The notes under the pieces were generated by a model. That model was given only the letters and a program-made list of their open reading frames with translations, was not told the DNA's origin and made no database searches. A stretch of DNA of 25,991 nt from a candidate division WOR-3 bacterium (lineage in GTDB: Bacteria; Hydrothermota; Tepidihabitantia; Tepidihabitantales; JAOUPE01), in NCBI GenBank assembly GCA_039801565.1, contig JBDRUX010000026.1, positions 1 to 25,991 of the forward strand, in the 5' to 3' direction. The stretch's first letter is position 1, and every line of letters starts with the position of its first letter. A program made the position numbers and the translations under genes. Shown here piece after piece: positions 10,439 through 18,264 of the stretch.

Positions 10439-10454
10439 TGGCACAATTTTTGTT
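10439..10454 (+). promoter_or_regulatory. Putative sigma54 (-24/-12) promoter
   Basis: TGGCAC-AATTT-TTGT (GT instead of GC at -12); shares TTTGGCACAATTT with the promoter at 15193-15208; lies just downstream of a bEBP gene. Confidence 0.65.
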
Positions 10455-10466
10455 TAACGATTTACT

Positions 10467-10554
10467 GCAGACACTTAGGTGACTAATGCCTTGGGTCATC
10501 CGCTGCGGGCGGAGAATTTCGCATCCGGGCTCAAATTTTGCACCGAGTGTCTGC
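10467..10554 (+). ncRNA. Candidate sigma54-dependent small structured RNA (~88 nt)
   Basis: Starts within ~2 nt of the predicted sigma54 +1; GCAGACACTT(A)GGTG pairs with CACCGAGTGTCTGC; GC-rich island in AT-rich DNA; followed by TTTTTATTTT. Confidence 0.55.
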
Positions 10555-10621
10555 TTTTTATTTTCAATTGAAAGGGTTCAATTATTTCCCAATGGAGAAT
10601 AGTTTTAGCCGCAACCATATC

Positions 10622-10650
10622 TTGACAACCAGGCAAATAACGGTTATTAT
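10622..10650 (+). promoter_or_regulatory. Putative sigma70 promoter of the M23 peptidase gene
   Basis: TTGACA-N17-TATTAT, 21 nt before the TTG start. Confidence 0.65.
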
Positions 10651-10671
10651 GTACCGAGCGGATTAACTGAG

Positions 10672-11982
10672 TTGGTTAATAAATTATTTCAACTTTGTTT
10701 TCTTTTATTATTCAGTAATTGGTTATGGGCAGTGCCCTGGCCAATTGCGCCAACCGATTCGGTTCATCCTTTAGGTAATAACTGGGGAAATTATCAGAAC
10801 TACGGTGGTAGCCCTTACTTTCACAACGGAATTGATATAATTACACCAAATCAGCAAGGCGCTCCGGTCTATGCGGTAGCCCATGGCTGGGTAAAAGCTT
10901 GGCTGACGATTCAAGCCCAATACCATTGGCGGTTAGCAATTGCCGACTCCAGTTTAGCCTATACCGATTCTTGCGAAGGTTGGCTCTATGCCCATATTGA
11001 CTCGAGCCAGTTTCATAAGAATATCGGTGACGAAGTCAACGAAGGCGACCTAATTGGCTATTTGGTTCCCTGGCCAGTTGAGGGATTTGACCATCTCCAT
11101 TTTGCTCGAATTAAAGATGCCGGTAGCACTTGGGATGAAGCGGATTGGGCTTTTGTCCAAAATCCATTAACATTGCTTTCTCCTAATACCGATACAGTAA
11201 AACCTCAATTTGAGGATGCCCGCCCTGGACAAAGATTTGCCTTCTGCCGCAATAACTCCAATATCTATCTCAATCCTGATAGTCTTTATGGTGATGTTGA
11301 CATCATTGCCAAAATCTATGACAAAACCGGTTTTACTACTGGTGATACGGTATGGGACAAATTAGCGCCCTATCGGATCGAATATTCAATTCGCGGTGAG
11401 TATGATTCAATTCCAACCACTTTGTTTGTCCAATTTTCCGGTGTGATTAATCAATCAGCAATTCGGGTAGTTTATAAAACGAGCAACCCTTGTCGGAGTC
11501 GTGGGGATTACCAATACCGTGACTATTATTTTATCGTTACCAATACGGACGGCGATTCGATTCTTGAAACTACTGACTCTTTAGAATGTTGGCAGACCGC
11601 TAATTTCTCTGATGGTTGGTATTATGTTAAAGTTACCGCTTACGATGTAGCTGGTAACTTTACTTCGGAAAGTATGGCAGTTTTTACTTTCAATAGCGTT
11701 AATATTGCGGATAATAAACCACCATCACCTTTGCCTAAATTAATTCTTCGGGCAAATCCAGTCGCAGCCCAATTTACCATCCAGTTAACTTTACCAACTA
11801 CCGAAAAGGTTTGGCTAAAAATATTTGATAACACTGGTCGGCTTTATCAAAAGTTAATCAACGAACAATTAACGAGCGGTAAATATCAATTCCAATGTGA
11901 ACCAAAAAATTCTGGTGTCTATTTTCTAATTGGTCAAATTGGCCGAGAGAATATTACCAAGAAGATTGTCATTAGACGGTAG
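10672..11982 (+). CDS. Secreted M23-family metallopeptidase with T9SS type A-like C-terminal sorting domain
   Basis: Signal peptide; HNGID (HxxxD), YAH and HLHF (HxH) zinc motifs; C-terminal NPV..LKIFDNTGR..SGVYFL..KKIVIRR. Confidence 0.88.
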   Translation: MVNKLFQLCFLLLFSNWLWAVPWPIAPTDSVHPLGNNWGNYQNYGGSPYFHNGIDIITPNQQGAPVYAVAHGWVKAWLTIQAQYHWRLAIADSSLAYTDSCEGWLYAHIDSSQFHKNIGDEVNEGDLIGYLVPWPVEGFDHLHFARIKDAGSTWDEADWAFVQNPLTLLSPNTDTVKPQFEDARPGQRFAFCRNNSNIYLNPDSLYGDVDIIAKIYDKTGFTTGDTVWDKLAPYRIEYSIRGEYDSIPTTLFVQFSGVINQSAIRVVYKTSNPCRSRGDYQYRDYYFIVTNTDGDSILETTDSLECWQTANFSDGWYYVKVTAYDVAGNFTSESMAVFTFNSVNIADNKPPSPLPKLILRANPVAAQFTIQLTLPTTEKVWLKIFDNTGRLYQKLINEQLTSGKYQFQCEPKNSGVYFLIGQIGRENITKKIVIRR

Positions 11983-12025
11983 CTAATTGGGTTGATATTT
12001 GGTGGCCGAAAGCCGATACAGTTCT

Positions 12026-12067
12026 ATCTCAAATTTCCTATTCTACATTCTAAATTCCAGATTCGAG
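12026..12067. repeat. Degenerate 7-nt tandem repeat (ATTCTAN x6)
   Basis: ATCTCAA ATTTCCT ATTCTAC ATTCTAA ATTCCAG ATTCGAG. Confidence 0.6.
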
Positions 12068-12158
12068 TAAATTGCCCAATATTTTTAGCTAACTCCGTAG
12101 CTGGTGGCATCGCAACCACGCCAAAGTAATTAATAAGTTTGAAACAGGAAAAGGCACG

Positions 12159-12422
12159 ATTATTAATAACCGGCCTCTAAACTGGGCTAATAATTTGTTT
12201 AGGAATTAACCTTTGGGTCGGTATTTATGCCAGCCTGCCTACCGAATTCCCAATCAGTTATCAAACCCTATTCTCATTCTATCTTTGGACCGACCATTTA
12301 ACCTCCGTGGAAATCTTCTTCTCAACTAATCACCTAACCAACATCCGAAACGATTTCCTAAGCAATCCAGTAGCTTAGCCAGAGACCCACCTCTGATACT
12401 GTCCCCTATGCCGTATAGGGGC
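12159..12422. repeat. Degenerate 12-nt periodic array, ~22 units with AAYC-like junctions
   Basis: In 12-nt register from 12159: position 1 pyrimidine in 21/22 units (C in 16), position 10 A in 16/22, position 11 A in 15/22, position 12 pyrimidine in 18/22; no indels. Confidence 0.75.
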
Positions 12423-12454
12423 TAGCCGTGGGCTAGCCCCTATTTGCTTTTTCT
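12415..12454 (+). terminator. Intrinsic terminator-like hairpin
   Basis: Perfect 13-bp stem ATAGGGGCTAGCC-GTG-GGCTAGCCCCTAT followed by TTGCTTTTTCTT. Confidence 0.6.
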
Positions 12455-12569
12455 TGCGCAAAATTAACTACTTAGTCGCAAGTCTAAATTTATTTGTCAC
12501 ATCATCAAATTTCTTTCGTCTAATAAGAGGAAATCGGCAAAGCCGATTAATAAATAAAAAAGAAAAATC

Positions 12570-12592
12570 CTTAAGAATGCGACTGCGTCGCA
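12570..12592 (-). repeat. 23-bp inverted repeat, right copy, flanked by ATCGGC-NNN-GCCGAT palindromes
   Basis: CTTAAGAATGCGACTGCGTCGCA; palindromes at 12533-12547 and 12592-12606. Confidence 0.9.
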
Positions 12593-12626
12593 TCGGCGAA
12601 GCCGATTTTTCTATTTAGGTATTTCT

Positions 12627-13979
12627 TTAGCGGGACTTAAGGAACCGTAGGGTGTTTAAGAATAACTCCTTGCCATAACTGAGTCGGCGTATTGCATAAT
12701 CACCCATCACTTCTAAGGCATAAAGCGTCGGGTATGCCTTAGGCTCGGAAACCTTTTTTAAGAAAAATAAACTCACTAATCGAGCAATTGCAGCAAAGAT
12801 AAATAATAAATGAAAGTTGATCAAGGTTAATCCAAAAATTTGGACTTGGAAGTCTTTTAAAAGATTGGCGATGAAACCACCAACGGTTGATGAGATAAAA
12901 CCACCAACCCCAGTGACAAAAGTAAATACGGCAAAGTAATTTTCTTTGATCTCCTCTTGGTCAGAAAGGGATAGGACGATATTGAACAAAGCCAGGTTTA
13001 CTCCGGGCCAGAAAATTCCAGTAAGCAGGGCATCAAGCCAGATTGGTAATAGAAAGTAACGGGTCGGGAAAAGCCAAAGTAATGGTAGAAATGCGACACA
13101 GAGAAAATTGATAGTCAGGACTGGTTTGGCGCGGAATTTATCGATCGCCCGGCCCCAGAGGAGTTGAAAAAGCAATCCCATTGTCCCAGCCAAAATCCCA
13201 TATAAGGCAACTGTGGAATATGGTAGATTTAAGTTCTTGAGCATAAATACTAAATAGAAGGGCGATGCAATTCCAGAAGTGAGATACCAGAAGATAATGA
13301 ATCGAAGAAATTGTTGAAAGTTTTTATCGGTTAAAGGATTAAGGATGATTTGTTTTAAAGTAATTGGTTTCGGTGCGATTGGAATTTCGGGCTGTTGGCT
13401 TAAAAGAATAGCAGCAACCAATGATGCGATTACCGCCAAACTAAAAATTAGAGCGAAGCCCAAATTAGGTTGGTTGATACTTTTGAAATAGTCTAACAGT
13501 TTTGCCCCAGCAAAAGAGACAATCATTCCAATCAAACCAAGGATAGTATTTCGTATGCCAAAATAACGTCCCCGCATTGTTTTAGGAACTAAGTCACTCA
13601 TCCAACCAATCCAGATATTATTGGCAATGGTCAAAAGTCCGTTCATAATACCAACCAAAACCAGAAAACTACCAATTCCCATTTTCTGGTTAAACCAGAG
13701 CAAACTGGCAGGAATGATAAATAAACCCCGTGCCAGTCCTGAAGCGAAGAGCGTGGGCCGCTTTCGTTCTTTGAGACGATTGACCAAAATTCCGGACAGA
13801 AAGCCGAAACTTGTTAGTAACGCTGGTATTGCGGCTAAGAGACCAATTTGGAAAGCATTGGCACCAAGGTATAAGGCAAAACCCGTTAAAAAAAGTCCGG
13901 CAGTTAGATTGATGTGGACTTGAGCAAAACTGCCTTCAATTATCGAAATTTTTAGTCCGCGTCTTATCCGAATGTCCAT
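12627..13979 (-). CDS. MFS transporter
   Basis: About 12 hydrophobic segments; LGANAFQIGLLAAIP, WMSDLVPKTMRGRYFG, WGRAIDKF motifs. Confidence 0.9.
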   Translation of the reverse strand: MDIRIRRGLKISIIEGSFAQVHINLTAGLFLTGFALYLGANAFQIGLLAAIPALLTSFGFLSGILVNRLKERKRPTLFASGLARGLFIIPASLLWFNQKMGIGSFLVLVGIMNGLLTIANNIWIGWMSDLVPKTMRGRYFGIRNTILGLIGMIVSFAGAKLLDYFKSINQPNLGFALIFSLAVIASLVAAILLSQQPEIPIAPKPITLKQIILNPLTDKNFQQFLRFIIFWYLTSGIASPFYLVFMLKNLNLPYSTVALYGILAGTMGLLFQLLWGRAIDKFRAKPVLTINFLCVAFLPLLWLFPTRYFLLPIWLDALLTGIFWPGVNLALFNIVLSLSDQEEIKENYFAVFTFVTGVGGFISSTVGGFIANLLKDFQVQIFGLTLINFHLLFIFAAIARLVSLFFLKKVSEPKAYPTLYALEVMGDYAIRRLSYGKELFLNTLRFLKSR

Positions 13980-14040
13980 ATAAATTAAGTGACCATCCAG
14001 TCACAGGGATGGTGAAATTGTTGTTATAAACCTGTTTGAG

Positions 14041-14068
14041 ATATTAGAAAAAATTATTTAATAGTCAA
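14041..14068 (-). promoter_or_regulatory. Putative sigma70 promoter of the MFS gene
   Basis: TTGACT-N16-TAATAT on minus strand. Confidence 0.4.
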
Positions 14069-14146
14069 TGACTGGAATTTGCTGTTGGAGACGAAAAGTG
14101 ATAAACCATTAAATTAAACTTGAGACGAACTGATTTCCTTGAAAAT

Positions 14147-14174
14147 AAAAAGAGCCCCAAGCGGGACTCTTTTT
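14147..14174 (-). terminator. Rho-independent terminator
   Basis: Minus strand GAGTCCC-GCTT-GGGGCTC followed by TTTTT, just after the stop at 14190. Confidence 0.8.
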
Positions 14175-14189
14175 AGTAGTGTTTTTAAA

Positions 14190-15134
14190 CTATTTCCGAT
14201 TTGGTGGTCGAATTAGTACCTTCTCAAGCGATTTATTCGGTTGCTGTGTTATTGGAACGAGCGCAAAATTGATATCAGGGGTATTCTGTCCGGCTTGGAC
14301 CGTAACTAATTCCGGATAGATTTGCCGCTCATAGCCAATTGCATGCGCCATTACCCGATACTCACCCGGCAAGAGATTTTCAATGGTATAGGTACCGTCC
14401 GGTCCGGTAATCGCACGAGCAAAGCCCGGTCCTGGATGATGTCTCCTGCGCATCGTTGCTGCCATAACCACTGCATTAGCAATTGGCGCGCCGGTATTTT
14501 TGTCAGTGACGATTCCGGAAATCGAACCGGGTTGAGGTGGTACAAATGGTGCAAGGTCAAAATTGATATTCGGCGTAATCTGACCTTCAACTACCACCAC
14601 TGGTTCTGGATAAGTCTTTGGCGCATAGCCTTGAGCAGTAGCGGTAACCCGATAGGAACCGGGTATAAGATTTCCAATCACATACTCACCATTTTCGTTG
14701 GTCACGGCACTGCCACTGCAATGAATGCGGTCACCCCGTGCCCAAACCCGAGCCCCAACAATCGGATTGCCAGTTACCGAATCGGTTACTAATCCCGAGA
14801 TACCGCCGGGTTGAGATGGGGTAAAAGGAGCCAAAGCAAAATTGATATCGGACGTAATCTGCCCTTCGACCACGGTCACTATTTCCGGATAAGTCTGACA
14901 CCGATAACCAGTAGCACTGGCAGTGACCCGATAGGAACCAGGTCTTAAGTTTTCTATTAGGTATTCACCATTTTCATTAGTAGTCGCGCAGCCGCCACGC
15001 ATTGCGCAGACTCTTGCACCAATAATTGGATTGCCGGTAGCCGAATCGGTTACGATTCCGGAAATGCCACCAGTTCCCGCTATGGCAAAAGCAAAGAACC
15101 CCAAAAGGAAAGCGAAAGCGATAAAGTTTCTCAT
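14190..15134 (-). CDS. Secreted protein with three carboxypeptidase-regulatory-like (Cna-B/transthyretin-like) repeats
   Basis: Signal peptide then 3x GxISGxVTD..TGxPI..A.V..T..xG.Y.I.NL.PGxYRV.A.A.GY...YPE.V.V..GQ.T..INF.L; ATG 15134 follows GGAGGTG (ORF track starts at 15143). Confidence 0.85.
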   Translation of the reverse strand: MRNFIAFAFLLGFFAFAIAGTGGISGIVTDSATGNPIIGARVCAMRGGCATTNENGEYLIENLRPGSYRVTASATGYRCQTYPEIVTVVEGQITSDINFALAPFTPSQPGGISGLVTDSVTGNPIVGARVWARGDRIHCSGSAVTNENGEYVIGNLIPGSYRVTATAQGYAPKTYPEPVVVVEGQITPNINFDLAPFVPPQPGSISGIVTDKNTGAPIANAVVMAATMRRRHHPGPGFARAITGPDGTYTIENLLPGEYRVMAHAIGYERQIYPELVTVQAGQNTPDINFALVPITQQPNKSLEKVLIRPPNRK

Positions 15135-15192
15135 AATTTTCACCTCCCTTCTTTTTATTCTTGCTAATTTTTATAATCATCGCTTAAGACAA

Positions 15193-15208
15193 TGCATAAA
15201 TTGTGCCA
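15193..15208 (-). promoter_or_regulatory. Sigma54 (-24/-12) promoter
   Basis: TGGCAC-AATTT-ATGCA on minus strand, ~60 nt upstream of the ATG. Confidence 0.8.
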
Positions 15209-15314
15209 AATTTAATTTGGCTATTGGGTGTGAGCAAATAACTCATTTAATATAAAGAAGTTGTAATTCATTTTTACTTATATTTTCTAAACAAAAGCGT
15301 AACAATTTGAATTT

Positions 15315-15330
15315 GAGCAAATCTTTGCAC
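15315..15330. promoter_or_regulatory. Putative bEBP upstream activator site
   Basis: Near-palindrome GAGCAAATCTTTGCAC ~140 nt upstream of the predicted sigma54 +1; similar to 21913-21928. Confidence 0.55.
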
Positions 15331-15351
15331 TCTTTTAGAATGATTATGCAC

Positions 15352-15390
15352 AAAAAATGGAAAGCCCCGTTCCCAAAAATTGAACGGGGC
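15352..15390 (-). terminator. Rho-independent terminator
   Basis: Minus strand GCCCCGTTC-N9-GAACGGGGC then TTTCCATTTTTT, after the stop at 15413. Confidence 0.75.
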
Positions 15391-15412
15391 AATTTCGTTT
15401 TTTGCTTGCGAC

Positions 15413-18085
15413 TTATCGCATTAGTATCAGTTTCTGTCTTTTCATCAATCCATTCATCTCGAATTGGAGAATATAGATTCCAGCACCCAACTTTTTGCTA
15501 TCAATTGTGAAATAACCTTTATCAGATTTTCGATGCGAGACCGCTTCGCCTAAAAGATTGTAAATAGTTAAGATAGCCGGCGTTTTGCTCTTTGGCGTGT
15601 AATAAACATAGATTTTATCTCTTGTTGGATTAGGTCGAATCGTCAGTTGCAATTCAACAATGGTAGGATTTTCTTCAATTCCGACCGTCGTGATAGTAAA
15701 ATACCAGACTTCGGACCAAACCGACCAGCGGTTATATTGGTCACCAGCCCGCACCCGCCAATAATAAGTGAATTCTCTGGGTAATGGAGTGATTGTTTGA
15801 AATTGGGAAGTGTCAACGATGTTATCAATAGCCGGACTGAGGAATAGCGAGTCGTCATCAACTTGGATATGATATTGGGTGGCGGTAGCCACATCGGTCC
15901 AATCGAATAGAGGTAGGGTATCATCAGTGACGAAACCGTTCGGAGGTGATAGTAAACTCGGTGCTGATGGTCCGGGTAGGACTACGAAATCATCATAGAA
16001 TCTTGGATTCAACTGGTAAAAACCAAAGGTTGATTGGTAGATAAGACCGACAACTGAAATTGGTCCTTGAGGAATTGGGTTGCCAGCAATTCCTATGCCT
16101 TGGGCGATATAGACTTGGATGGTTTCAGTTTCGGTCTCGTTATATAAAGGATAGTAGGTATTGCCTCGGAAATTACCGGTATCTCGGAAGTGGACATTTT
16201 CCAATCGTACCAAATTCGCTTCTAATGATTCAGCCACCTGCGAAATTGCAAGGAGAGTGGTGCAAGGCAATGGTAACCCTTGAGCAAGGATTGTTATCCT
16301 TCCACCATTCAGATATTCAACTTGGTTTATTGTCGTGCGGGCATATTCATTAATTAAGCCTAAAACCGCTACACTGTCACCAATGCTTAAGTGGGGTAAG
16401 GTATCACTAAATTGGGGGCGTCGGACATAAAGCCCATGCCAAGCATTACCAGGGTTTTCGGCAATATAGAAGTGGCGACCAAAAATTCCGGTGACAATAC
16501 CATAGGTCCGAACCCATTTGCCAAAATCCGGTGAGGTGTCTTGAGGGGTCCATTGAATCGTGTAGATAGAATGTTCGTAAGCAACCGGATAGGAACTGAC
16601 CGAACTTAAGGTTCGTTCATCCAAAGTATTCTTTGCCATCAAGCGAAAATAGACAAGACTACCGGTATCTTGCGCTGGAACGGTATAAAAGTAAATTGAA
16701 TCGGTCGGATGGAGACTGTCATGAGTTAGCCAGGTCCAATTCAAAGTGTCATTTAGGGAGTAACTTAGGCTATCAACTATGTCGAGCGGTGGGAAGTGGT
16801 TATCATAAATTTTCGCTTGAATTATTACAGGCTCGGTCGAAAGAGCGACTCTTGGGCTGCTTGTGACATTTAAGATTATTGGACCGGTTATTTCTTTCTG
16901 CTCGGCTTCGTAGATTCTGCCACCACCAGTAACTGCAATTTCTTGATTTAAAGTTCGGTATTTATTAACCTCACCGATCGCGATGCCATAAGAACTGCCA
17001 CCGATATTAAAAATCATTTCATTATTCCATTCATCACCACTGCCGTAGATGGCTCGGACTGCATAATTCATACCCGGTCCCATCCCAGCGGTGGCTGAAA
17101 CAACTTCATCACCCGGATTGGTATCTAATATATCGCCAATGGCTATTGCGCTACCATTTTCGGAACCGGTTGGAATAAATATTGGATTAGCGTTCCAATT
17201 TGTGCCACTGCCATAGATTTCAATCACTGCCCCGCGTGCCTGACTACCAGCGGTTAGACTGTTGCCAACTGCGATTTCGTTGCCAGGATTGTTGGCGTCG
17301 AAATCACCAATCGCAACATCCATCAAAGATACACTATCAACCGCTTTCCAAAGGGTTAAAGTGTCCCAGTTGCTACCTGACCAGTAAAGCCGCATCACTC
17401 GACTGCCATCGGTGTAAGAGCCAGCGGTAACCGTCACGATTTCATTACCGGTGAGGGTGTTATCAAAATCACCAATTGCAACTCCTTGAATTGTTCGACC
17501 ATCGCCCCACCAGATTGTGTCAATCTGCCAAGCCGAACCAGTCCAGTAAGCCCGTTGCAGGCGACTGGCGGTTCCAGTCCCGACACTGTAGATTATTTCG
17601 TCTTCGTTGCCATCATTATCGGCATCACCAATCGCCATTCCAGCATTTGCCCCAATCAGCGGCGCAATTGTCTCGGAAACCCAAGCTACTCCATCCCAAT
17701 AAAACCGAAATAGGTAATAGGGGGAAGAGGAACGGGCGTAGATTAAATCGTTGTCACCATCTCTATCTACATCACCAATTCGGGCACCAAAGTAACCAGC
17801 CGGAGCCACTTCTAAGGTATCGCAGCGCCATTGCATTGGTGGCGCAGTTGAGATATCAGTGAAGAGTAGCACCATTCTTGGATTATTCGCTTGAACGGTA
17901 AAGATGCGGAAGGTATCATCAGAGAGTCCTTTTAAGCGATTACCAATCGCAATTTGACGGAACCCCGCCATTGTGGTATAGATGCGTGTCGTGTCCCAAA
18001 ACGTTGGCTCTGGACCACCTTTGAATAGTTCACCCGAGGCAACGCAAATGGCGATTAACCAGAAGAGAAACATTTTTTTAGGCAT
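15413..18085 (-). CDS. Secreted FG-GAP/VCBS-repeat protein with OB-fold-like and FN3-like domains and T9SS type A-like CTD
   Basis: Repeats IGDVDRDGDNDL, IGDADNDGNEDEI, IGDFDNTLTGNEI, IGDFDANNPGNEI, IGDILDTNPGDEV; GIVTG..SIGDSVAVLG..E; APSLLSP..YYWRVRA; C-terminal PNP..IYNLLGE..GIYIL..KLILMR; AGGAGG RBS. Confidence 0.85.
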   Translation of the reverse strand: MPKKMFLFWLIAICVASGELFKGGPEPTFWDTTRIYTTMAGFRQIAIGNRLKGLSDDTFRIFTVQANNPRMVLLFTDISTAPPMQWRCDTLEVAPAGYFGARIGDVDRDGDNDLIYARSSSPYYLFRFYWDGVAWVSETIAPLIGANAGMAIGDADNDGNEDEIIYSVGTGTASRLQRAYWTGSAWQIDTIWWGDGRTIQGVAIGDFDNTLTGNEIVTVTAGSYTDGSRVMRLYWSGSNWDTLTLWKAVDSVSLMDVAIGDFDANNPGNEIAVGNSLTAGSQARGAVIEIYGSGTNWNANPIFIPTGSENGSAIAIGDILDTNPGDEVVSATAGMGPGMNYAVRAIYGSGDEWNNEMIFNIGGSSYGIAIGEVNKYRTLNQEIAVTGGGRIYEAEQKEITGPIILNVTSSPRVALSTEPVIIQAKIYDNHFPPLDIVDSLSYSLNDTLNWTWLTHDSLHPTDSIYFYTVPAQDTGSLVYFRLMAKNTLDERTLSSVSSYPVAYEHSIYTIQWTPQDTSPDFGKWVRTYGIVTGIFGRHFYIAENPGNAWHGLYVRRPQFSDTLPHLSIGDSVAVLGLINEYARTTINQVEYLNGGRITILAQGLPLPCTTLLAISQVAESLEANLVRLENVHFRDTGNFRGNTYYPLYNETETETIQVYIAQGIGIAGNPIPQGPISVVGLIYQSTFGFYQLNPRFYDDFVVLPGPSAPSLLSPPNGFVTDDTLPLFDWTDVATATQYHIQVDDDSLFLSPAIDNIVDTSQFQTITPLPREFTYYWRVRAGDQYNRWSVWSEVWYFTITTVGIEENPTIVELQLTIRPNPTRDKIYVYYTPKSKTPAILTIYNLLGEAVSHRKSDKGYFTIDSKKLGAGIYILQFEMNGLMKRQKLILMR

Positions 18086-18164
18086 CTAAGACCTCCTTTT
18101 TGTTACTAAATTCTGGGTGGAATTATCAATTTAATCCTTGCACGGTCCTGATACCACCCCAAAT

Positions 18165-18246
18165 CAAGACCATCTTAAACCGTTTTGAATTATTGGAACA
18201 ATTATTGGAACAGTGAAAAAGGTTCAACATTGGTCAAATAGTTCAA
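18165..18246. repeat. TTGAAC-like short repeat cluster (direct then inverted copies)
   Basis: TTAAACCGTT, TTGAATTA, ATTATTGGAACA x2, then GGTTCAA, TGGTCAA, AGTTCAA. Confidence 0.45.
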
Positions 18247-18264
18247 TTGAGCCATCAGTGATAT

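Noticed and set aside
12086..12101. TAGCTAACTCCGTAGC resembles the 3' core of the c-di-AMP (ydaO) riboswitch
   Set aside because: The upstream GCTGAATCC, GGGGGA/GGAACC and GGGGTGAATC elements are absent, and there is no downstream same-strand gene
12152..12167. AGGCACGATTATTAAT as a sigma54 promoter for the array
   Set aside because: The -12 GC is missing (TTAA); too weak to call
12139..12378. Plus-strand reading MKQEKARLLITGL*TGLIICLGINLWVG... as a possible pseudogene
   Set aside because: In-frame TAA, no RBS and no recognisable family; hydrophobicity is explainable by the pyrimidine-rich array
12159..12422. CRISPR or TIGR array interpretation
   Set aside because: No 23-47-nt repeats, no box C/D-like motifs or clear 36-nt unit, and no cas/tas gene in the window
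13989..14072. Fluoride-riboswitch-like words (GATGG..AAACC..AATGAC) near the MFS start
   Set aside because: They are on the wrong strand for the MFS gene and P1/pseudoknot pairing fails; only a small ACCATCC/GGATGGT hairpin is real
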